A DNA stretch of 64,000 bases, from IMG/VR virus record IMGVR_UViG_3300009873_000008, positions 8,944 to 72,943 of that record. One strand, given 5' to 3'. The stretch's first letter is position 1; each line of letters opens with the position of its first letter. The translations under genes were made by a program, and so were the position numbers. Under the pieces are notes generated by a model, which was not told the origin of the DNA, did no database searches, and worked only from the letters and a program-made list of their open reading frames with translations. The DNA comes from a virus (Duplodnaviria > Caudoviricetes). This document shows positions 36,665 through 45,112 of the stretch, in pieces.

Positions 36665-37646
36665 GCGCTTGCCTCCTGAATCGAGCAACGACTGTTCGCC
36701 AGGACTGTTCATACCAGTCGGCGCCGACATCAAGAGCCTGGCCGCGGTGAATTACAAGTAGCCGAAACGAGACCCCTTGAGCTATGACAGCACGAGCTTT
36801 AGCACACACTTGGGCAAAGATGGTGCGGTCGTAGATTCCAAGCGTAACTGCGCTTTTCACTTCGACGACCTGACCGCGAGACTTGACGAAGGCGTCGGGA
36901 ACGTAGGTCCGATTGGTTCGTCCCGCGAAGGCGTAGCGGAACGTCGGACGACCTTCGACGGCCGTGAATGCAAGATCGTTCGGAGCGATGCCTTCCGAGA
37001 GCATGATCTCGACGGCCCGTCCCTCCGATCCTTGAACCATCACCGTCCGCGTTCCGACTCGGATCGGACGTCTCCGGTACTGCGATCGGTCGCACAGCGG
37101 ACAGCCATAGCCCGAGAGCAGCTGGTTCGGCGACGTCTGCCAAACGTGGCCTTTTGAGCATCGATGTCGGATCGAAGTCAGCGCAGTCTCGTAGCGATCA
37201 AGCACGACCACCCCGAGAGCAAACGCCTCGGCCGCGTACGTCTCGTGTGTCTTCCGACGCCTCGGTCTCGCTTGGTAGCACTGACGGCAGCCAGCGCTGC
37301 GATGCACCACGTTCGCTGGCTTGGCAAAGAACGACCCGTGAGTCGGACACAGGTATTCGAGCTTCTTGTGAGAGCCGCAGTAGGCCCCAACGACTCGCAA
37401 CCGATCGCCGTGAATCCGGCGAACCATCGCAACGTGGTCGTCGTGTTTGGTGCGCTGTCGATCCCACGCACACTTCGCACACCCGTGACCGGACTCAACG
37501 TTGGACGGAAGAGCGCTGAACCGGCCGTGCGTGGCGCACTTGTAGACAACTCGCCGAAGGGCGTGTCGATAAGTGCCAACCACCGTCAGCGCTCCGGCGT
37601 GTTTTCGCGTGACCCGACGAACGTGCTCCTCGTGTGTTTTGGCCAC
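36618..37646 (-). mobile_element. Free-standing homing endonuclease: three Cys/His zinc-ribbon repeats plus PD-(D/E)XK domain
   Basis: Repeats C-x2-[HK]G...G-x-[AG]-C-x2-C; YVPDAF...VVEVKS. Confidence 0.8.
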
Positions 37647-37684
37647 GCTTATCAGCGTAGCCAGAGCTACTATCCTTTGCCAGC

Positions 37685-37858
37685 CTAGCCGGTGTAGTAC
37701 TGGTCCATGAACTTGCCGGAGCCGACGCTTCGCACCCTCTCCAGATGGTCGTCCACGGACTGCGGACTGCGCGAGTAGAGCGCCTGGAGCATCGCCAGGT
37801 CTTCGGGGTTGGGCACGTCATGCCCGTCGAGCACTCGGATCTTGCGTGGCTTTGGCAT
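37685..37858 (-). pseudogene. Truncated 5' duplicate of thyX (57 aa)
   Basis: MPKPRKIRVLDGHDVPNPEDLAMLQALYSRSPQ...YYTG*; 38 of 57 residues identical to the intact ThyX N-terminus by hand alignment. Confidence 0.9.
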
Positions 37859-37901
37859 TCACTCTCTCCGCTTCTAGAAATCAGTCACAGGATGAGCACG
37901 G

Positions 37902-38840
37902 TCATGCAGGCGGCTTGGTCCTGCCTCGCTTGAGCGGCGCGGAGTGGGCGACACCCCCACGGTCGAAGTACCGCACCGGAAGCGGACTCATGGTATCGAC
38001 GTCGATGACCAGATCATTGGGGTCGGGCCACGCGCTGTGATCGTCGCTCATGCGATTGAGGATCGGGTATCTCCGTCCGTTGATGAGCGCCACAACACGA
38101 CGGGTGCGGAACTCGTCCGTGTGCAGCCGCGGACCAAGCGTGCGCTCCAATAGATCGTGGACGCACACTCCGAGTAGCCGCGAGAGCAGCGAGGCTCGCA
38201 CGTGGGCGTTTCCAGACCAGTCGCCGATTCGTCGATAGTATCGACCGACGGTCAGCCCATCGCCTTCGAGATGCCCGATCTTGCTAATCAGATCGGGCGG
38301 AATCGGCTCTGAGCGCTGCTCGACCTGTCGAAAGCTGGCGCCAGATCGAGTGACCGTCAATACGATCCTCTGCGAGCCATCGACGTTGTAGTAGTGAGGG
38401 TGGTTCGTGCGAGCGACCCGGTCAACCGCGTCTTGATACTTGCGCCGCACGAACTCCAGGTGGGAATAGCAGTGCCATCTGAGTTGCTCGATCGACCGAA
38501 CGTCCAACTTGTCGCGTCTGATGAGCAAGCCGTGCGCGTTTCGACGTTCCTCGGTAAAGAACGCGTACCACCGACCGACGGGCCGGCTCCACGAGTAGAT
38601 CAGACCATCGTCGCCCAGCGTCTGGCCACGCTTCAACGGCCCACCGGTGGAGAGCGCATAGGCACCGGGACGACCGGATAGGCCGGGAAAATCGGAAGCG
38701 CGGTAGCCGATGGGCGTCAGGCCGCGGGCAACGGGAAAGATCGGTACCCGCTGGGCGATCTCACAGAGAGTCTGATACCTCGGCTCCGGCTTCTCCGATT
38801 CCTCGATCCTCGTCCTGCTCTGGACCTGCGCTAGTCTCAC
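37902..38840 (-). CDS. Hypothetical protein
   Basis: GGG-TAGAAC 6 nt before GTG 38840; LISKIGHLE. Confidence 0.6.
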   Translation of the reverse strand: MRLAQVQSRTRIEESEKPEPRYQTLCEIAQRVPIFPVARGLTPIGYRASDFPGLSGRPGAYALSTGGPLKRGQTLGDDGLIYSWSRPVGRWYAFFTEERRNAHGLLIRRDKLDVRSIEQLRWHCYSHLEFVRRKYQDAVDRVARTNHPHYYNVDGSQRIVLTVTRSGASFRQVEQRSEPIPPDLISKIGHLEGDGLTVGRYYRRIGDWSGNAHVRASLLSRLLGVCVHDLLERTLGPRLHTDEFRTRRVVALINGRRYPILNRMSDDHSAWPDPNDLVIDVDTMSPLPVRYFDRGGVAHSAPLKRGRTKPPA

Positions 38841-39288
38841 CATCCGGTTCTACCCGACCAAGCAGACCCAAGAGATCCACCGGCGGCTGTCTCATCCGAC
38901 CTACTCGCTCGAAACCGTCTGGGGCGTTTGGATACACCAACCGGAATTGCCGGCAGAGGATCAGTCCGGTGATCTCGATTCGATCCGGTCCGACGATCTC
39001 GTGGAACAGCGCGAGTGCCTCCAGCAGGTTGTGGCACGATCCGTAGGGATGTTCGTCAGCGAGGTGATCGGCCACCTCTTCCAGATAGAAAGCGATGTCG
39101 TCTTGTCGGCGAGCGTCCGCGATGACGGGCAGATGCTCGCGCAGCGAAATGCAAAGTGGCTCGATAACCGGTCTGAGATCCCAGGACGCATTGACGGCCG
39201 CCGTGAGCATCCGCCGCCACGCGATGCACGTCTCCCAGTCAGGTTGATCGCCCTGCCTGGGCGCGTCGCGTCGATTGCCCCGCATCAT
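38761..39288 (-). CDS. Hypothetical protein
   Basis: 175 aa. Confidence 0.5.
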   Translation of the reverse strand: MMRGNRRDAPRQGDQPDWETCIAWRRMLTAAVNASWDLRPVIEPLCISLREHLPVIADARRQDDIAFYLEEVADHLADEHPYGSCHNLLEALALFHEIVGPDRIEITGLILCRQFRLVYPNAPDGFERVGRMRQPPVDLLGLLGRVEPDGETSAGPEQDEDRGIGEAGAEVSDSL

Positions 39289-39333
39289 CGTGCGGGAATT
39301 GTCGTCGTTAGTTCTGGATGTGGCTAGTTCGGA

Positions 39334-39681
39334 TCAAGATCCAGATGGGAGCCGATCGGTGTAATTGACCAGGTGGTCAATGACAGAAGTGCGCCTGAAC
39401 GACTCGATCTCAGTGGCGAGCCGCTCCATGGCCGTCGAGATACCGTACTGGACCGACGAGTCGACGACGAAGCTCCAGAACTGCTTGCGTAGCCAGTCCA
39501 ACAGCATGTCGTCGTACGGCAGCCGCAAGGTCGCGCGTTCCTTGCCCAGCTTGAACCCGGCAGTGACCCGACGAACGCGTTGGTCCCGGCGCCCGTAGGT
39601 CCCAGAGAGATGGTTGAGCAACGCGTCGGCGGTGCTGCGACGCATCGAGAGCACGATTCCGTAGGACTCCGAGCGCTTCAC
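39334..39681 (-). CDS. Hypothetical protein (family A-like)
   Basis: GGG-TAGAAC (39688-39696) 6 nt upstream. Confidence 0.6.
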   Translation of the reverse strand: MKRSESYGIVLSMRRSTADALLNHLSGTYGRRDQRVRRVTAGFKLGKERATLRLPYDDMLLDWLRKQFWSFVVDSSVQYGISTAMERLATEIESFRRTSVIDHLVNYTDRLPSGS

Positions 39682-39742
39682 GGGATGGTTCTACCCGAGG
39701 CGGACGCACCACACTGCCAAGCGACGCCCGTAACTCCTTTAA

Positions 39743-40324
39743 TCAGGCCGACTCCCGGACGTGGTGGGTTACGACGTTGAGATTGTGGATCCCGAAGTCG
39801 TGAGCCTTGAACGACTTGAGATGTTCGACCCGGTCGTCCCACAGGACCAGGTGCTTGGCCCGCGGCATCTGACTCAGGAGGTTCTGGACCAGTCGGAGCT
39901 TCCAGGAGAGGGTCTCCTGGCGGATCGGCTTCAGGAACAGATCGCGCCCCGGATCCACAGCCACGCCAGAGGCCCTAAGAATCGATTTGACGCGGTCCAG
40001 GAGCGCAGGCCGGGACGGACGCCCTGTGACCACCACGACGCGTGTACGGGGCTCCCGGCGGGCCTTGTGGAAGGCCCCGATGACCCTGGTGATGGGCCGC
40101 CATCCGAGCGGCGGGAGCAGGCTGGCCACCTCTCCCCACCACCCCGGATAAGGCCAGGCTTGCCCGGTCGCCTTCTGAAACGCCGGCTTGCCCTCCTCGG
40201 GTGTGGGCGTGTAGACGAGCGTGTGATCGAAGTCGAAAACGACGAGCGTGTCCGGCTGGCGAGCAATGTCCTCCAGCGTGAGCAACGGACGTCTGGACAA
40301 CTGGACCCGTCGGGGCACGCGCAC
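39743..40324 (-). CDS. HAD-superfamily phosphatase (Swiss-Army-knife RNA-repair type) with RRPLLTLE leader
   Basis: FDFDHTL, VTGR, LFLKP, WDDR. Confidence 0.8.
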   Translation of the reverse strand: MRVPRRVQLSRRPLLTLEDIARQPDTLVVFDFDHTLVYTPTPEEGKPAFQKATGQAWPYPGWWGEVASLLPPLGWRPITRVIGAFHKARREPRTRVVVVTGRPSRPALLDRVKSILRASGVAVDPGRDLFLKPIRQETLSWKLRLVQNLLSQMPRAKHLVLWDDRVEHLKSFKAHDFGIHNLNVVTHHVRESA

Positions 40325-40358
40325 AAGCGTACAGTCCGACGGGTCCAGTCGCTAGCAC

Positions 40359-43307
40359 CTACCCGCAGCCGGTCGTGGTGCCGCAGCTTGGGCAGACCGA
40401 GCAGGAGCCGGCGCGCACCGTGATGTTGCCACACGTTCCACAGGCTTCACCGGCCGACTGGGTGATCCGAGCGCCCGGCTTCGCCGCCAGGAGTGTGGCG
40501 AGCGTCTCCCGGGCCGAGTCGGAGGAGATCCCGATGGCGGCCAGCGCTGCGACTCCGTTGCCGTTGCCACTGTTGCTGGCGTGAGCGGACGTCCCGTTGC
40601 CGGGGTCGCCGTTGCCGTTGCCGTTGCTGTCCGAGTCGAGCCCCGTAACGTTCGTGTGGTGCGCCAGATCCGTTCGTCCGAGGTAGGCGATCCCCAGCGT
40701 CTTGAAGATGTAGTCCAGGATCGACGAAGCGATCCGCACGTCGGGGTCTCCGTTCACGATGCCCTTGGGCTCGAACTTGGTGTGGACGAACGCGTCCACG
40801 AACTCCTCCAGGGGCACACCGTGCTGGAGCGCCAGCGAAACGGCGATGGCGAACGAGTTGAGGAGGGAACGCATCAGCGCACCTTCCTTGTGCATGTCGA
40901 TGAAGATCTCGCCCAGCGCGCCGTCCTTGTACTCGCCGGTCCGTAGGTAGAGCTTGTGCCCCCCGACGGTGACCTCTTGCGTGAAGCCGTAGCGGCGCTT
41001 GGTGAGTCGCTGCCGCTTGGGCATCTGGACGACGACCTGGGCCGCTCCAGCTGCCGGCGGAGGTGGGGGAGACGACGTGCTCTCCTTCGACGACGAGGAC
41101 AGGATCGCGCAGAGCTTCGAGCGGTCTCGGAACACGGCGATGGCCTTGAGCCCGAGACGCCACGCTGCCATGTAGAGCGCCTCGATCTCCTCGACGGTCG
41201 TCTCCTCCGGGCAGTTGACCGTCTTGGAGATCGCGCCCGAGAGGAACGGCTGCGCCGCGGCCATCATCTCCACGTGCGCCATCGGACGAATGCACCTGAC
41301 GCCCGTTGCGCCGCACTTGACGGCGCAGTCGAACACGTCCAGGTGCTCGGGCTTGACCTCGGAGCCCTCGATGGTCTCGGCGGTCTCCAGGTGCTTCATG
41401 ATCCGATCGATCGCCCCCTGGTTGTAGCCGAGCGTGACCAGGGTGGTAGCGATGCTCTTGTTCACGATCTTCATGTCTCCGCCGCCGGCCAGCTTCTTCG
41501 ACTTGACCAGCGCGAAGTCGGGCTCGATGCCCGTGGTGTCACAGTCCATGAGCAGACCGATCGTGCCGGTGGGCGCCAGCAGTGACGCTTGCGCGTTGCG
41601 GAAGCCGTGCTCGTTGCCCAGCGCGAGCGCGGTGTTCCAGTCGTCGGCCGCCGCCTCGCGGATCTCACCGAAGATGTCGCGCACGCATGCGCTCGCCTGC
41701 GCGCTCGTGTGCTTGAAGCCATCGAGCGCACGGGAGTGCATGTCGATGACTTGCAGCATGGGATCGCAGTTGAAGGCGTAGGCCGCGAACGGTCCGACCG
41801 CTCCCGCGATCTCAGCCGAGCGACGGTAGGCGCGACCGGTCATGAGAGCGGTCACGGCGGCACAGATCGACCGCCCGTCAGGACCGTCGTACGGCAGGCC
41901 GAGGCGCATCAGCATGGCGCCCAGGTTGGCGTAGCCGATCCCGAGCGGGCGCAGCATGTGGCTGTTGGTGGCGATCTCGCGCGTGGGGTAACTCGCGTAG
42001 TCGACGATCAGGTCCATGCCCGCGATGAGAACATCGACCGCCTGTTGGAAGCCGGTCACGTCGAAGTGAACCCCACGCTCGTCGGTCGACATGAAGCGCA
42101 CGAGGTTCAGGCTCGCCAGGTTGCAGGCCGTGTTGTCGAGGTACGTGAACTCCGCACACGGGTTCGAGGCGTTGATGCGGCCCGTGTTCGGCGTCGGGTT
42201 CCAACGGTTCGTGGTCGTGTCGAACTGCATACCCGGATCGGCGACGAAGTGCGCAGCCGTGGCGATCTGCCGGAAGAGCGCCTTCGCTTCGTAGGTCTTG
42301 GCGACCTTGCCGGTGGTCCGCCACACGGTCGACCACTTGCCCCCGGTCTCGACGGCGCGCATGAACTCATCGGTGACGCGCACCGAGTTGTTGGCGTTCT
42401 GTCCGCTGACCGTGCGGTAGGCGTCGCCCTGGAAGTCGGACGAGTAGCCGGCCTTCACCATGGCCGCGACCTTCTTCTCCTCGCGCACCTTCCAGTCGAT
42501 GAACGACTCGATGTCCGGGTGGTCGGCGTTCACGACCACCATGCGCGCAGCGCGACGAGTCGTGCCGCCGCTCTTGGTCGCTCCCGCGGCCTTGTCGAAG
42601 ATCTCCAGGAAGCTCATCATCCCGGACGACTGGCCGCCGCCGGTGAGCGCTTCTCCCTCGGCGCGCAGGTTCGAGTAGTTCATGCCGCTGCCGCCGCCGC
42701 CCTTGAACACGCGCATCTCGCGCTTCACGGCCTCGGCGATGTCCATGAGGTTGTCCTGGACGGTCTGGATGAAGCACGCGCTGAGCGCCGGGCGGGAGTA
42801 GCTGTCGGGGGTCTCCTTCGCGACGCCGGCCGTTACGGCCCAGTTCCCCGAGGGCGAGCCGGTGATGCCGTAGCACTCCTTCAGCCCGCAGTTGAACCAC
42901 ACCGGGCTGTTGAAGGCCGCGTACTGGTGGACGAGCAGGTACTTCAACTCGTCCTCGAAGATCTGCGCCGACTCCTCGTCGAAGAGACCCTGCGCGATGC
43001 CCTCACGCGCGAGCGTGTGCGCGACGCGGTGAACCAACTGCTTGATCGATGACTCGTGCCCGACGCCAGGCACTCCGGCCTTGCGGAAGTACTTGCTCGC
43101 GGCGATGTCGACAGCAGCCTGGCTCCAGAAGTCCGGGGCCTCGACGTTGTCCATCTGAAAGACGACTCGCCCGGATCGCTCTGTGATCTTGGCCTCGCGC
43201 CGAGTCCAGTTCACCCCGGCGTAGGGGTCCTCGTTGGCCTTGGTGAAGTAACGGGAGACGGTGACACCAACCTTGGCCCGAGCCGTGGTGGTCGGGATCG
43301 CGCTCAT
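40359..43307 (-). CDS. nrdJ: Class II (B12-dependent) ribonucleotide reductase
   Basis: FNSPVWFN, ACFI, NPCAEF, CNLASLNL, APTGTI, C-terminal TSCPD-like domain and CxxC-CxxC tail; TAGAAT and GGAG upstream of ATG 43307. Confidence 0.95.
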   Translation of the reverse strand: MSAIPTTTARAKVGVTVSRYFTKANEDPYAGVNWTRREAKITERSGRVVFQMDNVEAPDFWSQAAVDIAASKYFRKAGVPGVGHESSIKQLVHRVAHTLAREGIAQGLFDEESAQIFEDELKYLLVHQYAAFNSPVWFNCGLKECYGITGSPSGNWAVTAGVAKETPDSYSRPALSACFIQTVQDNLMDIAEAVKREMRVFKGGGGSGMNYSNLRAEGEALTGGGQSSGMMSFLEIFDKAAGATKSGGTTRRAARMVVVNADHPDIESFIDWKVREEKKVAAMVKAGYSSDFQGDAYRTVSGQNANNSVRVTDEFMRAVETGGKWSTVWRTTGKVAKTYEAKALFRQIATAAHFVADPGMQFDTTTNRWNPTPNTGRINASNPCAEFTYLDNTACNLASLNLVRFMSTDERGVHFDVTGFQQAVDVLIAGMDLIVDYASYPTREIATNSHMLRPLGIGYANLGAMLMRLGLPYDGPDGRSICAAVTALMTGRAYRRSAEIAGAVGPFAAYAFNCDPMLQVIDMHSRALDGFKHTSAQASACVRDIFGEIREAAADDWNTALALGNEHGFRNAQASLLAPTGTIGLLMDCDTTGIEPDFALVKSKKLAGGGDMKIVNKSIATTLVTLGYNQGAIDRIMKHLETAETIEGSEVKPEHLDVFDCAVKCGATGVRCIRPMAHVEMMAAAQPFLSGAISKTVNCPEETTVEEIEALYMAAWRLGLKAIAVFRDRSKLCAILSSSSKESTSSPPPPPAAGAAQVVVQMPKRQRLTKRRYGFTQEVTVGGHKLYLRTGEYKDGALGEIFIDMHKEGALMRSLLNSFAIAVSLALQHGVPLEEFVDAFVHTKFEPKGIVNGDPDVRIASSILDYIFKTLGIAYLGRTDLAHHTNVTGLDSDSNGNGNGDPGNGTSAHASNSGNGNGVAALAAIGISSDSARETLATLLAAKPGARITQSAGEACGTCGNITVRAGSCSVCPSCGTTTGCG

Positions 43308-43430
43308 AGAACACTCCGCGTCTGATCTGTTGGGGAACCGCATTCTACTGCTGCCGCGCGACGCATCCCAGAACACACCGACGCAGTCACAGCGCGTCAG
43401 CAGCAAGTCCTGTGTTTGTATTCGTCGTTC

Positions 43431-43467
43431 TGTGACCAAGGGGATTAAGGGCACACCTCTGGTCACA
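43431..43467. other. Inverted repeat between dNMP kinase and nrdJ
   Basis: TGTGACCA-N21-TGGTCACA. Confidence 0.45.
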
Positions 43468-43485
43468 CGATGCAACCACCCCGCT

Positions 43486-44259
43486 CTACGGAATCACGAG
43501 TCCATCGAACTCGATCGGCCGAACTTCGTGCTTGACACGACTCACGCAGCAATCGCAGGGCATGAGCGTGGCGACCTTCTCCGCGTCGTCTTCGGTAGCG
43601 TAGGGCCACGGCTGTGATCCACCGCCCGGACAGTGAACGAGCCACCCGCGCTCGGGCAGCTTCCCGGTCTGCGCCCACAGGAGGGTTGCGACGGCCAGCT
43701 GCTTGGCCTTCTCCATCAGATCCTCGGGCGTACCCGTGTTCATCACCACGAAGTCGAAGTCGTCGTTGGGCATCGCAGCGATCCGAGACTCGCTGACGTG
43801 ATCCGTGTTGACCGGAACATCGGGCCGGCGAACGACCACGAACACGACGAGCGCTCGATCTCCGACGCGTTCCTTCAGCGCCATCATCTCTTCGGTTGGA
43901 TGACGCCCGTCCGACACGATGGAAACCTTCGCACCGCTGGCCAGAAACCGCTCGGCCAGGCGGTCCATCCACACCGTGAGCCCGATGGCCTGGCGCGCGC
44001 CTTCGCCTTCGTCTTGCATCAGACGCCGGGCCGTCTTGCCGTAGGCGCCGTACTTGGGGTCCTCCTTGACTTCCTTGGGCCCGTTCAGGACCCACATCGG
44101 AATTCCCGTCTTGAGGTGGACGCACTGCTTGAGCGGAACCGCGAACGCATCTCTCTCCGAGCCAGGGATGTGGGTCTGGATCGAGTCGGCGAGCGTGTCC
44201 TTTCCGTGGCCGGCGTTGCCGCAGACGACGATCAGAACTCTTGCGTGATTCCGTGCCAT
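43486..44259 (-). CDS. Deoxynucleoside monophosphate kinase (T4 gp1-like)
   Basis: GNAGHGKDT, FAVPLK, RRLMQ..G, SDGR. Confidence 0.8.
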   Translation of the reverse strand: MARNHARVLIVVCGNAGHGKDTLADSIQTHIPGSERDAFAVPLKQCVHLKTGIPMWVLNGPKEVKEDPKYGAYGKTARRLMQDEGEGARQAIGLTVWMDRLAERFLASGAKVSIVSDGRHPTEEMMALKERVGDRALVVFVVVRRPDVPVNTDHVSESRIAAMPNDDFDFVVMNTGTPEDLMEKAKQLAVATLLWAQTGKLPERGWLVHCPGGGSQPWPYATEDDAEKVATLMPCDCCVSRVKHEVRPIEFDGLVIP

Positions 44260-44263
44260 CGGT

Positions 44264-44473
44264 TTAGTTCCCCCGTGCCGGGCGCACCCGGCCGCACACG
44301 CGCGTCTCGACGCGGAACATCTTGTAGGGAGACTCGACCGCGGCGCCGGACCGCAGGTAGACGATCAACAAGCGGAGCCGTTCGTCGTAGCCCACAGTGA
44401 CGAGCCGGTCGCCCAGTCGCTCGGTAAGGTCGTCGTGCAGGCTAGCCGCTGCCCGCTCGATCTTGCTGGACAT
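44264..44473 (-). CDS. Hypothetical protein
   Basis: ATG 44473 with SD. Confidence 0.5.
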   Translation of the reverse strand: MSSKIERAAASLHDDLTERLGDRLVTVGYDERLRLLIVYLRSGAAVESPYKMFRVETRVCGRVRPARGN

Positions 44474-44539
44474 CCGACGATCTCCCCTGGTCTTGCCACG
44501 CAGCAAGTTTGGCGTCGCGAGACTCTTCTACCCGCGAGT

Positions 44540-45112
44540 TCAGTCGCGCAGCGTACGCAGAGGACGACGGGGCGGAGATCCAGACTCCTGGGCCAGTTGG
44601 CGCAATCGATCTCTCGTCCGCGCCCGTTCCACGGCGAGGCGCTTGAGCTTCTCGACGCGCTTGGGGGTCGTAACCGTACCGGTCATGTAGACCTGGGCCG
44701 GCATGCGACTGCCGACGCTGCGGTTGCCGAAGGTGCCCGCCTTGGGCGCCGTCTCGACGAGTCCGACGAGCCTCTCGCGCAGGTGAGTGATGCCTTCCTG
44801 CAAGCCTCCGAGTTGCTCGACTTCGTCAGGCGTCAGGAAGTCGAAGACGTTGTGCGTCTCCACGACTCCGTCGATTTCCAGTTGGAAGTCCCCGTAGTCG
44901 TCTTGCTCGAACAGCAGCGTCGAGCCCTGTTCGGTGATCGTCAGTCCGGTCTGGAGAGTGTAGGAGGCGAGATCCTGCCGCTGAAGCTCGACGAACACGG
45001 CCAGCGTTTCGGTCAGCGACCGACCGAGGGCGGATGCTGCGTCCTCAGCGCGAAGGAGCTTCCCACCGGCGCGGTTGACGAGCTTCAGCAGCCGCATCTC
45101 ATCGTCGGTCAC
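44540..45112 (-). CDS. Hypothetical protein with possible N-terminal winged helix
   Basis: GTGA start at 45112. Confidence 0.6.
   Translation of the reverse strand: MTDDEMRLLKLVNRAGGKLLRAEDAASALGRSLTETLAVFVELQRQDLASYTLQTGLTITEQGSTLLFEQDDYGDFQLEIDGVVETHNVFDFLTPDEVEQLGGLQEGITHLRERLVGLVETAPKAGTFGNRSVGSRMPAQVYMTGTVTTPKRVEKLKRLAVERARTRDRLRQLAQESGSPPRRPLRTLRD

Noticed and set aside
37647-37684. Group I intron interrupting thyX
   Set aside because: Only 38 nt separate the fragment from the nuclease, no intron core is evident, and the downstream thyX already has a complete N-terminus and SD.
37685-37687. Genome-wide TAG recoding
   Set aside because: TAG ends many normal genes, and the frame after this TAG hits further stops within a few codons; only the 47987 junction stays open.
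39334-39400. VIDHLVNY, PLDQVANMV (2748) and LLGLLGRVE (38761) as further copies of the shared tag
   Set aside because: Each deviates from the consensus at a core position; excluded from the count.
41589-43052. Long plus-strand ORFs opposite real genes (also 3201..4286, 45823..46827, 48086..49351, 56429..57979, 59189..60400)
   Set aside because: Antisense shadows expected from high G/C third positions; no recognisable motifs, SD or promoter.
43308-43475. N-terminal extensions in the ORF track (nrdJ, thyX, dcd, Nudix, WGR, methyltransferase and others)
   Set aside because: Downstream starts have SD sequences or ATGA/GTGA coupling and match where the family sequence begins.
43308-43485. NrdR box or cobalamin riboswitch upstream of nrdJ
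   Set aside because: No match to either consensus by eye.
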